A DNA stretch of 49,654 bases from Oscillospiraceae bacterium (GTDB lineage Bacteria; Bacillota; Clostridia; Oscillospirales; Acutalibacteraceae). The notes under the pieces are model-generated. The model was not told where the DNA came from. It ran no database searches and saw only the letters and a program-made list of their open reading frames with translations. The DNA lies in contig SVOD01000002.1 of the NCBI GenBank assembly GCA_015066575.1, forward strand, positions 1-49,654, written 5' to 3'. The position numbers were made by a program, and so were the translations under genes. Each line of letters opens with the position of its first letter. Position 1 is the stretch's first letter. Below, one piece after another: positions 16,306 to 24,311 of this stretch.

Positions 16306-16983
16306 TTATGCTTTATAAATGAATTCTATATAATCCCCATCCGAAAGCGCATATTTATCGCACGCTTTCGGCGGATATTTCCCGTTTACGGTGTAGGTCC
16401 AACCGCTTGTCTTGCCGGTTTCTTTTTCGGCAAGACCGCCGATAGAGCTGACATACATGCCGTACATTGTTTGGCTTGCCACCATGTCAACACCGTTGGC
16501 ATCACAACATTTAACCAGCGCCTCATAGGCATTCGCCCCGTTACGGACACTCACTCCCGCCCCTTTCAGGAAATAGCCGGATTTGGGGAGCCCTTCCACC
16601 TTACCGACTGCCTGCGAGCAATCAATCGTAAAACTGACTGCCAGCGTTTGTTTTTTGCTTGTGGGCTGTTTGGTTTTCGGCTGCTTGGTGGTTGCCGGTG
16701 CCTTGGTGGTGGCTTTTTTGCCGGCAGCAGTGGTTTTTTGCTTTGCCGCAGCAGTGGTTTTTCCTGCGGCTGTGGTTTTCTTTTTCGCGGCAGCGGTTTT
16801 TTTATCACCCTTTTTTGCAGTGGTATCTTCTTTGCTCTTTCCCGCGGCAGCGGTGCTGCTCTGCACCTGACTTTGCGCGGCAGTGGTGCCGGCATCGCTT
16901 TGATTGCCCGCCTGTTTGGAACAGGCGCAAATGCTGCCCGCAATCAGCAAAGCCAAAAAGATACTAAAGCCTTTTTTGAACAT
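16306..16983 (-). CDS. DUF4430-domain lipoprotein-like protein with K/T/A-rich linker
   Basis: The 225-aa product starts MFKKGFSIFLALLIAGSICAC (signal peptide with Cys). It has a long (TTAAGK)-like low-complexity linker. The C-terminal domain reads ...GMYVSSIGGLAEKETGKTSGWTYTVNGKYPPKACDKYALSDGDYIEFIY, matching the DUF4430 signature SGW.Y.VNG...Y.L.DGD.I.F.Y. Confidence 0.75.
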   Translation of the reverse strand: MFKKGFSIFLALLIAGSICACSKQAGNQSDAGTTAAQSQVQSSTAAAGKSKEDTTAKKGDKKTAAAKKKTTAAGKTTAAAKQKTTAAGKKATTKAPATTKQPKTKQPTSKKQTLAVSFTIDCSQAVGKVEGLPKSGYFLKGAGVSVRNGANAYEALVKCCDANGVDMVASQTMYGMYVSSIGGLAEKETGKTSGWTYTVNGKYPPKACDKYALSDGDYIEFIYKA

Positions 16984-17009
16984 AAAAAAACCTCGCTCTC
17001 AGAGCAAGG
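16984..17009 (-). promoter_or_regulatory. Riboswitch expression platform: terminator / SD-sequestering hairpin
   Basis: The minus-strand RNA is CCUUGCU-CUGAG-AGCGAGG followed by U7 and then AUG directly. The GAGG Shine-Dalgarno sequence is inside the 3' half of the stem. Confidence 0.6.
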
Positions 17010-17089
17010 ATACACAAAGAAGGCGAACCGAATCGCCGTTGTTACTCTTTATCATTGCCCTAAAGAATATACAGTACCACCCAACAATA

Positions 17090-17262
17090 GTCGGGCAAAA
17101 CTACGGCTCGTCTCCTGACTTATGAAGGGAAAACATTCAAACTTTTCCCCGAGGTGCCTTCTTTTGCAATGGCAAACCCTCTTTACTCAAATACAGTAAT
17201 GGCGATTGTGCGAGATTCTCACTCGCTTCCGATTTACACTTTTGTTACAAAGCCACCATAGT
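17090..17262 (-). promoter_or_regulatory. Cobalamin (B12) riboswitch aptamer
   Basis: The minus-strand RNA reads UAUGGUGGC...AAAUCGGAAGCGAGUGAGAAUCUCGCACAAUCGCCAUUACUGUA...AAGUCAGGAGACGAGCCGUAG. It matches the conserved GGAAGC / GUGAGAAUC / CGCCA-UACUGUA core and the B12 box AGYCMGGAGACCKGCC, which here reads AGUCAGGAGACGAGCC. Confidence 0.75.
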
Positions 17263-17284
17263 TCATTCAATTTTTAACAAAAAC

Positions 17285-17313
17285 ATTATAGCACTAACTT
17301 TTGAACTTGTCAA
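17285..17313 (-). promoter_or_regulatory. Consensus sigma-70 promoter for the riboswitch operon
   Basis: On the minus strand, TTGACA (17313-17308), a 17-nt spacer and TATAAT (17290-17285) lie ~20 nt upstream of the aptamer 5' end. Confidence 0.7.
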
Positions 17314-17374
17314 CAGATAAGAACCTGCCGCAAGCGGCAGAACCTTGGCGTTCGCAATCTGCGATTGCTCGGCT

Positions 17375-17562
17375 AAAGGATTTGTTGCGCTAATGTTCAG
17401 CAGTCGGCAGCCGGCAGTCGGCAGCCAGTCAAGGGCGGGACACCCGCACCCGATTTATATGCGTTGCGTAGCAACGCCACCATTCGCTAACTGCTAACCG
17501 CTAACCGCTGACTGCATAAATAAGGAATTGCGCGCTCTCCGAGAGCGCAATTCCTTATTTAT
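17375..17562. repeat. Composite palindromic intergenic element, copy C
   Basis: Left arm: cagcagtcggcagccggcagtcggcagccagtc (17398-17430). Core hairpin: gggcgggacacccgcacccgat (17433-17454). Inner hairpin: gcgttgc-gta-gcaacgc. Right arm: cattcgctaactgctaaccgctaaccgctgactgc (17481-17515). The ~22-bp outer hairpin ataaataaggaattgcgcgctct...agagcgcaattccttatttat (17516-17562) contains the cysK stop. Confidence 0.85.
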
Positions 17563-18461
17563 ATCAGCGATGTACTGAAATACCGCTCGGCGCGGTCCGG
17601 CAAAACGGTTGCAATCACTTTGTCTTTGCCGTACTTTTTCGCCATCTGTTTAGCGGTCCAGACATTGGCGCCGGAAGAGGTGCCTACGAGCAGCCCTTGA
17701 ATTTTCGCCAACTCGCGCGCGGTTTGAATAGCGTCCTCATCCGAAACCTCAACAATGTCGGTAATAATAGAAGTATCTAAAATATCCGGAATAAAGCCGT
17801 CGCCAATTCCCTGGATTTGGTGCAACCCCGGTTCGTGCCCTAAAAGAGCGGAAACATTCTGCGGCTCGGCAGCCACAATTTTGCAATCCGGATTTTGCTC
17901 TAACAGGTATTGCGAAACGCCCTGCAGCGTACCGCCGCTGCCGATACCGGAAACATAGATGTCGATTTTCTTGCCCAACTGCTCCACCAATTCCACGGCG
18001 GTAGTGCGGTAATGAATTTGCGGGTTTGCCGGGTTTTGAAATTGCTGCGGCACAAAGTACTCCGCAGAGCCGGCGGCAATTTCCATTGCCTTTTCCACAG
18101 AACCGGCTATGCTTTTTTGCGCATCCGTCAGCACCAACTCCGCGCCCAAAGCGCTGATGATTTTTTTGCGCTCTTCACTCATATTTTCCGGCATCACAAT
18201 GATAACGCGATAGCCTTTGCGCACGCCGCACAGCGCCAGCCCTATGCCGGTATTGCCCGAGGTCGGCTCGATAATGGTCATACCGGGGCGCAGTTTCCCG
18301 TCTTTTTCCGCCTGCTCAATCATATTGAGCGCAATGCGGTCTTTAATGCTGCCGCCGGGGTTTAAAAATTCCGCCTTGGCATAAATCTGCAAACCGGTTG
18401 TCTGCTCCAAGCTGATTAACGGCGTATTGCCGATTAAATCCACTACATTGGTATAATACAT
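17559..18461 (-). CDS. cysK: Cysteine synthase A (O-acetylserine sulfhydrylase)
   Basis: The 300-aa product has the PLP-lysine motif NPGGSIKDRIA, the substrate loop TSGNTG, and the GIGSGGT glycine loop. Confidence 0.92.
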   Translation of the reverse strand: MYYTNVVDLIGNTPLISLEQTTGLQIYAKAEFLNPGGSIKDRIALNMIEQAEKDGKLRPGMTIIEPTSGNTGIGLALCGVRKGYRVIIVMPENMSEERKKIISALGAELVLTDAQKSIAGSVEKAMEIAAGSAEYFVPQQFQNPANPQIHYRTTAVELVEQLGKKIDIYVSGIGSGGTLQGVSQYLLEQNPDCKIVAAEPQNVSALLGHEPGLHQIQGIGDGFIPDILDTSIITDIVEVSDEDAIQTARELAKIQGLLVGTSSGANVWTAKQMAKKYGKDKVIATVLPDRAERYFSTSLI

Positions 18462-18523
18462 ACTGTTTCCTTTCCTATGCTCTATTCGCTTTGTTTTTCA
18501 ATTCTAATATATTAGGTGCAAAA

Positions 18524-18647
18524 GTGAAGTTGCGCGTTACCTTGCAGTGAAGTTTTGCAAAGCAAAGTGAAGTTAAGTTTGCCTACTCTTTAGCGTAGCT
18601 AAAACTTCACTCATCTTGTGAACTTCACTGTTTTTTTACAACTTCAC
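18524..18647. repeat. Three GTGAAGTT boxes followed by three inverted AACTTCAC boxes in the cysK upstream region (copy G-like)
   Basis: GTGAAGTT is at 18524, 18547 and 18567. AACTTCAC is at 18603, 18621 and 18640. The layout is roughly mirror-symmetric around ~18588. Confidence 0.7.
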
Positions 18648-18662
18648 TTGCCGCAGGCAAAC

Positions 18663-20012
18663 TTAGTTGCGAATCAGTTTCACAACTGATTCGCAATGCG
18701 CCGTGCGCGGGAATAAATCCGCCGCACAGGCGCGCACCGCCTTGTAGCCTTTGCTCTCCAAGCGCTTTAAATCCCTTGCCAGCGTAGCCGGGTTGCAGGA
18801 AATGTAAACAATCCTCTGCGCGCCGAACGCGACAATATTTTCAATCGTTTTTTCATCGCAGCCCTTGCGCGGCGGGTCAATGACCACACAGTCGGCATGC
18901 AACCCCTTTTCTTTTAAAATACCGGTTGCCGCGGCGGCATCCGCACAGAGAAATTGCGTGTTTTTCAAATGATTGAGCGCTGCGTTTTCTTTGGCGTTTT
19001 CCACCGCTTCGGGCACAATGTCTACCCCGATTAAGCGGCAGTCGGCAGGGGCTAAACAAATGCCCACCGTGCCCGCACCGCAGTATAAATCGAGCAGGGT
19101 TTCGCCCGGTTGCAGCGCGGCATATTCCGCCGCTTTGCTGTAGAGCTTCTCGCACATATCGTGATTGACCTGATAAAAGGCAGCCGCACCGATGCGAAAG
19201 CGCTTGCCGAGCAGGCTGTCTTCTATATACGCATTGCCGAAAATGCAGCGATAGGTTTTGCCCAAAATCACATTGGTTTTTTCGGTATTTACATTGAGCA
19301 CTATGCTCTTAAGCGCCGGAAAATTCCCGCTCATAAATGCCGCAAATTCGCGCTCATACGGCAAGCCCGTGCCGTTGAGAACCAAACACAGCGCGATTTG
19401 CGCGGCACCGCTGCTACAGCGCAAAAACAGGTGGCGCACCAATCCCGTGTGCCGGTGCTCATCATAGGCGCTGATATGTTTTTGCTGCATAAACCACTGC
19501 ACTGCCCGCACTATCTCGCTAAAAATTTTCGGTTCCAGCAGGCAATCTTCGCAATGGATAACGCGGTGCGAATGCTTGGCAAAAAAACCCGCTTTGAGTA
19601 TGCCGTCTTCTGCGCGCAGCGGGTACTGCGCTTTATTGCGGTAGCGCAGGGGGGATGCACTGAGAATCTGCTCGGTTGTTAAGTTCAGCCCGCCGATGCG
19701 CCGCAGCGCATCATCCACCGCCTGCCGCTTCTCGCGCAGCTCGGCTTCGTAGCGCATATGGCGAAAATCACAGCCACCGCATTGCCGGTAAATGGCGCAA
19801 TCCGGCTCCACCCGGTCGGCAGAGGGGGTAAGAATGCAATCCACCTTGGCAAAGGCATAGTTTTTTTTGACCTTTAAAATGTGCGCCTGTATGCGGTCGC
19901 CCGCACAGGTCATCGGGGTAAAAATCACAAAGTCATCGGCTCTGCCCACACCGCTGCCGTCGGAACTTAAGGATTCGATTGTCAGTGGTATTTTTTCGTT
20001 TTTCTTCAACAT
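18663..20012 (-). CDS. rlmD: 23S rRNA (uracil-C5)-methyltransferase, RlmD/RumA family
   Basis: It has a TRAM-like N-terminus, an Fe-S cysteine cluster (CAIYRQCGGCDFRHM), the SAM motif LDLYCGAGT and the catalytic YISCNP. The ORF extends to the ATG at 20021. The ATG at 20012 has better RBS spacing (AGGA, 9 nt), so the start is uncertain by 3 codons. Confidence 0.85.
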   Translation of the reverse strand: MLKKNEKIPLTIESLSSDGSGVGRADDFVIFTPMTCAGDRIQAHILKVKKNYAFAKVDCILTPSADRVEPDCAIYRQCGGCDFRHMRYEAELREKRQAVDDALRRIGGLNLTTEQILSASPLRYRNKAQYPLRAEDGILKAGFFAKHSHRVIHCEDCLLEPKIFSEIVRAVQWFMQQKHISAYDEHRHTGLVRHLFLRCSSGAAQIALCLVLNGTGLPYEREFAAFMSGNFPALKSIVLNVNTEKTNVILGKTYRCIFGNAYIEDSLLGKRFRIGAAAFYQVNHDMCEKLYSKAAEYAALQPGETLLDLYCGAGTVGICLAPADCRLIGVDIVPEAVENAKENAALNHLKNTQFLCADAAAATGILKEKGLHADCVVIDPPRKGCDEKTIENIVAFGAQRIVYISCNPATLARDLKRLESKGYKAVRACAADLFPRTAHCESVVKLIRN

Positions 20013-20027
20013 AAATTGCATTCCTGC

Positions 20028-20064
20028 GAAAAATTAGCAGAAAGGGCAATACCCTTTCCGCTAA
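20028..20064 (-). terminator. Rho-independent terminator after the zinc-ribbon/DUF4190 gene
   Basis: The minus-strand RNA is UUAGCGGAAAGGG-UAUUG-CCCUUUCUGCUAA followed by UUUUU, directly upstream of the rlmD start. Confidence 0.6.
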
Positions 20065-20082
20065 TGACAAATATGGTTTTCG

Positions 20083-21000
20083 TTATTTAAAGAGCATAAA
20101 GCGCATCAGCATCTCTAATTGAGAGATGACCGATTTTACCGTATGCATCACCACGCGAATGCCGCTCATCAAAACGAGTGCCACGAAGGAACTGTATTGG
20201 TCATAGAACTCTTTCCATTCGGGCATTTGAGTGAGCGTACTCAAGGAAATAATGAGCAGAACAATGCCCAATATTGAAACAAGTGTTCCCACAATGCCCA
20301 GCACCAAGCCGGCAATTGCTTTTGGCCTGTGCTCTCGGCTGACTTTGTTCATGCTTATGCCGCCCAAAATAATGGCAATAATGCCGGCAATCACACTCAG
20401 CGGTGTTAAAAATGCACAGGTAAGCAGCGGCACCGCCAACGAAACAATACCCAGCGCCAGTGACCAAACCGCTTTGGTTTTTTGCGTATCCTTCATCAGC
20501 GGAGAATAGGCGCCGTAGGGGTACATTCCCTGTTGCATATAGGGTGGCGGCATCATCGGCATCGGCTGGTAAGCGACCGATTCCGGCTGTGTTTGCGCAG
20601 GTGCTTCTATCGGCTGTTGCGCCGTTTCCTGCCCAACGGCAGGCGGTGGTGCCGACTCTTGTGCCGGCGCTGCCGCGGCGGGTTGCACCGCAGGCTCCGG
20701 CATAACCGGTGCACTTATCGGTGCCGCGGGATACGGCGATACCGGCTGCGCAAAGCGCATATCATAAACAGGGGCGGTGAACGCAGGCGCCGCAAGCGGC
20801 GCGTACCAACCGTATGCCGGCGGTGTGACAACCGATACCGGTGTCACGGTATAGCCCTGTGCCAACGGCTGCACCGCAGCCCCTTGGGGAATTTGCGATT
20901 CTGATTTCACGGCAGGCTTCGGCGCATGCAACACACTGCCGCATTCGCTGCACACCTGTGCCGTATCGGAATTTGCCATTCCGCAATTTTTACATACCAT
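20083..21000 (-). CDS. Zinc-ribbon + Pro/Ala-rich linker + DUF4190-like multi-TM protein
   Basis: The N-terminus is MVCKNCGMANSDTAQVCSECG (CxxC...CxxC). A P/A/Q-rich low-complexity region follows. The C-terminus has four hydrophobic helices (WSLALGIVSLAVPLL..., IAGIIAIILGGI...). Confidence 0.6.
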   Translation of the reverse strand: MVCKNCGMANSDTAQVCSECGSVLHAPKPAVKSESQIPQGAAVQPLAQGYTVTPVSVVTPPAYGWYAPLAAPAFTAPVYDMRFAQPVSPYPAAPISAPVMPEPAVQPAAAAPAQESAPPPAVGQETAQQPIEAPAQTQPESVAYQPMPMMPPPYMQQGMYPYGAYSPLMKDTQKTKAVWSLALGIVSLAVPLLTCAFLTPLSVIAGIIAIILGGISMNKVSREHRPKAIAGLVLGIVGTLVSILGIVLLIISLSTLTQMPEWKEFYDQYSSFVALVLMSGIRVVMHTVKSVISQLEMLMRFMLFK

Positions 21001-21086
21001 AATGATTTCGTCTCCCGGGCAATTCCTTCCGTGCTCAAATCTTTTGTCGAGACGGCTTTACCCTCTTCGTAATATACTGCTCATGC

Positions 21087-22916
21087 CTATTCAACGGTAA
21101 CGCTTTTGGCAAGGTTTCTGGGTTTATCAATATCACAGCGCCTGGCAAGCGCAATGTAATACCCTAATAACTGCATGGGAATCACTTCGAGGCTGGGCAT
21201 TACCAACTCGTGGGTAGAGGGAATGACCAGTTTAAAGTCGCACTCTTCGCCGGGGTCGGCGGAGTTTTCGGTGATAACCGCCAAGGTCTCCGCTCCGCGC
21301 GCCGATACTTCCTTAATGGAATTCATTGTCTTGTCATACAGACGCTCGCAGCAGCACAGCGCGCAAACAAAGGTATCGTCTTCAATCAGTGAAATGGTGC
21401 CGTGTTTGAGTTCGCCCGCCGCATAGGCTTCGGAATGAATATAGCTGATTTCCTTAAGCTTCAGGCTCGCTTCAAGCGCTACGGCGTAATCCAAATTCCT
21501 GCCGATAAAGTAGGCGTGCTCCAAAAACGCATAGCGGGAAGCAAGTTCCTTAATTTCATCCTTCATTTCAAGAATTTTTGCCACCTGGTCGGGCAGTTTG
21601 CGAATCGCTTCAATGATTGCCCGATACTCGCTGTCCTCTATTTTACCCATCAGTTTTGCGGCATAGAGCGCAAAGAGGTAGATAATGGTCAGTTGCGTGC
21701 TGTATGCTTTGGTCGTTGCCACCGCAATTTCGGGACCCGCCCACGTGTAAATAACATCGTCGGACTCATTGGCAATCGTGCTGCCGACCACATTGACAAT
21801 CGATAGCACTCTGGCGCCTCGCTTTTTGGCTTCGCGCAGCGCTGCGAGGGTATCAGCGGTTTCGCCGCTTTGGCTGATGACAATCGCCAGCGTATTTTCA
21901 TCCACCACCGGGTTTCTGTAGCGGAATTCGCTCGCAAGGTCACACTCTACCGGTATGCGGGTCAACTCTTCAATCACGTACTTGCCGACCATGCCCACAT
22001 GCCAAGCCGAACCGCAGGCTAAAATATAAATTTTCTTAAAGCCCTCGAGTTTTTCTTTGGTTAATGTAAAACCGTCAAGCACAATTTCGTTATCATCCGT
22101 TAAGCGCGGAGAAATTGTTTTGCGAATTGCTTCCGGCTCTTCCATTATTTCTTTGAGCATAAAGTGCCGGTAACCGCCTTTTTCCGCCGCTTCCACGGTC
22201 CAGGTGATTTTGACAACTTCTTTTTCAATCGCTTCGCCCTGCGGGTTAAAGACCTGCACGCTGTTTTTCTTTAAGCAGGCAAACTCGCCGTCGTTAAGTT
22301 GATAAATCTCTTTGGTATATTTTAAAACCGCCGTAATGTCGGAGGCTAAGAAGTTTTCATCCTTTCCCAAGCCGATAATCAGCGGGCTTGCGTTGCGCAC
22401 CGCCCAAATTTCATCGGGATAATCGGCACAGAGAATGCCCAACGAATAGGCACCCTCAATTTTGGAAAGCACTTTGAGGATGGTCTGCTTCATATCGCCG
22501 TTGTAGTATTTGGCGAGCAACTGTGCCACAACCTCCGTATCGGTCTCCGAAGCAAAGCGAATGCCCTCATTTTTTAAATCCTGCTTGAGGGCGACAAAGT
22601 TTTCGATGATGCCGTTGTGCACCACACTGAACTTGCCGTCGTAACTCATATGAGGATGGGAGTTGACATCACTGGGTTTGCCGTGGGTTGCCCAGCGGGT
22701 GTGCCCGATGCCGATAGTCGCATTTCCCTTGTATTCAAGTTTTACTTTTTTTCTTAAATCCGAGATTTTTCCCTTGGATTTAATGGTCGTAATCTGCGCA
22801 TTTTCCAGTGCGGAAATGCCTGCCGAGTCATAACCTCTGTACTCGAGTTTTTCCAATCCGTCTAACAGAACGGGTGCCACATCTTGCGAACCGATATATC
22901 CTACAATACCACACAT
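21087..22916 (-). CDS. glmS: Glutamine--fructose-6-phosphate aminotransferase (isomerizing)
   Basis: The 609-aa product has the N-terminal nucleophile MCGIVGY, two SIS domains and a C-terminal ...AKSVTVE. Confidence 0.95.
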   Translation of the reverse strand: MCGIVGYIGSQDVAPVLLDGLEKLEYRGYDSAGISALENAQITTIKSKGKISDLRKKVKLEYKGNATIGIGHTRWATHGKPSDVNSHPHMSYDGKFSVVHNGIIENFVALKQDLKNEGIRFASETDTEVVAQLLAKYYNGDMKQTILKVLSKIEGAYSLGILCADYPDEIWAVRNASPLIIGLGKDENFLASDITAVLKYTKEIYQLNDGEFACLKKNSVQVFNPQGEAIEKEVVKITWTVEAAEKGGYRHFMLKEIMEEPEAIRKTISPRLTDDNEIVLDGFTLTKEKLEGFKKIYILACGSAWHVGMVGKYVIEELTRIPVECDLASEFRYRNPVVDENTLAIVISQSGETADTLAALREAKKRGARVLSIVNVVGSTIANESDDVIYTWAGPEIAVATTKAYSTQLTIIYLFALYAAKLMGKIEDSEYRAIIEAIRKLPDQVAKILEMKDEIKELASRYAFLEHAYFIGRNLDYAVALEASLKLKEISYIHSEAYAAGELKHGTISLIEDDTFVCALCCCERLYDKTMNSIKEVSARGAETLAVITENSADPGEECDFKLVIPSTHELVMPSLEVIPMQLLGYYIALARRCDIDKPRNLAKSVTVE

Positions 22917-22956
22917 AGTATCAATACTCCAATGCTTAAAAATCTTTAACTAATAA

Positions 22957-22985
22957 ATTATATCATAATTTCGCACAAATAGCAA
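22957..22985 (-). promoter_or_regulatory. Candidate glmS promoter with extended -10
   Basis: On the minus strand, TTGCTA (22985-22980), 17 nt, then TGaTATAAT (-10 hexamer at 22962-22957). This leaves only a ~35-nt leader. Confidence 0.45.
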
Positions 22986-22995
22986 TCATTTGCGC

Positions 22996-24021
22996 CTATA
23001 AAACAGAAAATTCATAAACCGTTTCGGAAACGAAGTGTTCACCCGCCGCAAAGATGCACTGCTCAAACTGCGGGTGGTTCGGAGAATCGGGGTAATACTG
23101 CGTTTCCAGGCACACTGCCCCGTGCTTAACCATGCGCACGCCGCCCTTGCCGATATCCGGCTGCAGGAAATTGCCAGAGTAAACCTGTATGCCGGGCAGG
23201 TCGGTGTAAACTTTGAGCACCCTGCCGCTTTCTTTTTCGCTGAGCACCGCCGCTTCACGCAGGCTGCCGTTTGCGCCGCGCAGGCAGAAATTGTGGTCAA
23301 CCCCGCCGGGAGCCGCAAGCATCGGGTCTGCCAAGACCGCTTCGCTCAAGCGCTTCTCGGTTCTGAAGTCCAGCGCCGTTCCCGCCACGGGCAAAATGTT
23401 GCCTGTGGGAATCAGCGCATCATCCGCCTCGGTAAAGCTGTCCGCCGCGACCTGCAAATAGTGGTTGTAAATGGTCTTGGACGGGTCGGCATTCAAGTTA
23501 AAATACAGATGATTGGTTAAGCAAATGGGTGTTTTTTTATCGCTGACAGCATCGTAGTCAATCACCAAAGAGTGGTTTTGGATGCTGTATTTGACGCGTG
23601 TTTTCAAGGTGCCGGGAAAGCCGTTACTGCCATCGGGCGAAGTATAGCTAAAGCACAAAAAGTTTTCACCCGCCTCGCACAGTTCCCATTTTGCATTGCG
23701 AAACTCATTGTTGCCGTGGAGCATATTTTCACCGTCGTTACAGGGAATTTGGTACTGCACGCCGTCTATTTCAAACCTGCCGTGTTTAATGCGGTTGGCG
23801 TATCTGCCAATCGTAGCGCCCTGGTTGTCGCCGTATTTCTCATAGTCCTGTGCCGTTGCAAAGCCGACGGCAATATCGCCCGCTTTGCCGTTTTTATCGG
23901 GCACCGACAGCGCAGTTACCGTAGCGCCCAAATCCATTACGCTCAGCGTAATGGAGTCACTTTCAATCGTATATTCATACACATCTTTACCGAATGCCGT
24001 GCCGAAAAATCTCTTTTGCAT
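22996..24021 (-). CDS. galM: Aldose 1-epimerase (galactose mutarotase family)
   Basis: The product is ~341 aa from the ATG at 24021, with RBS GGAGAC upstream. The ORF extends to 24039. Motifs GATIGRYANRI, MLHG and CLETQYYPDSPN are present. Confidence 0.85.
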   Translation of the reverse strand: MQKRFFGTAFGKDVYEYTIESDSITLSVMDLGATVTALSVPDKNGKAGDIAVGFATAQDYEKYGDNQGATIGRYANRIKHGRFEIDGVQYQIPCNDGENMLHGNNEFRNAKWELCEAGENFLCFSYTSPDGSNGFPGTLKTRVKYSIQNHSLVIDYDAVSDKKTPICLTNHLYFNLNADPSKTIYNHYLQVAADSFTEADDALIPTGNILPVAGTALDFRTEKRLSEAVLADPMLAAPGGVDHNFCLRGANGSLREAAVLSEKESGRVLKVYTDLPGIQVYSGNFLQPDIGKGGVRMVKHGAVCLETQYYPDSPNHPQFEQCIFAAGEHFVSETVYEFSVL

Positions 24022-24095
24022 ATTCCTGTCTCCAATCACAGATATAGTTTATTCTAATTATATATTATACTATATATTGCGACCAATAGCAACGA

Positions 24096-24311
24096 CAAAT
24101 AAGGATTTGGCGATGCCAAATCCTTATTTGAGTGTTCAGTGTTCAGTGTTTAGTGTTCAGTAGCAAGGCTACGCCTTGCTTTTTTTGAAACCGCCCTATC
24201 AAGGGCGGTGCGTGCATAGCACGCGGTGGGTGAAACTGAAAACTGAACCCTGAAAACTGAAAACTGACAAATAAGGTTTGTCGAGCTGTCAGCTCGACAA
24301 ATCCTTATTTG
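24096..24311. repeat. Composite palindromic intergenic element, copy B
   Basis: Outer hairpin: caaataaggatttgg-cgat-gccaaatccttatttg (24096-24130). Left arm: (GTGTTCA)n at 24131-24162. Inner hairpins: agcaaggctacgccttgct + T6 (24162-24186), ccgccct-atca-agggcgg and cgtgc-ata-gcacg. Right arm: (TGAAAAC)n at 24232-24267. The second outer hairpin caaataaggtttgtcgagc-tgtc-agctcgacaaatccttatttg (24268-24311) contains the S1-gene stop codon. Confidence 0.9.

Noticed and set aside
16291-17118. A 275-aa + strand ORF overlapping the DUF4430 gene and the riboswitch.
   Set aside because: It is antisense to a gene with a recognisable domain and to a riboswitch. The product is Cys/Gly/Phe/Arg-rich low complexity caused by the (TTAAGK)n linker on the other strand.
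17433-17454. I considered whether the gggcgggacacccgcacccgat motif (also at 47527 and, inverted, at 44899) is a tRNA or tRNA fragment.
   Set aside because: No acceptor stem, D-arm or GTTCRANNC T-loop context is present. The motif recurs as an internal hairpin of the repeat family.
18462-18662. I looked for a T-box or SAM (S-box) leader upstream of cysK.
   Set aside because: There is no T-box sequence (AANNNGGGTGGNACCGCG-like), specifier-loop architecture or S-box core. The region is occupied by the GTGAAGTT/AACTTCAC box array.
22917-22995. I looked for a glmS ribozyme upstream of glmS, which is common in Firmicutes.
   Set aside because: Only 79 nt separate glmS from the galM stop. A TTGCTA-17-TGnTATAAT promoter leaves a ~35-nt leader, far too short for the ~170-nt ribozyme, and no conserved core was seen.
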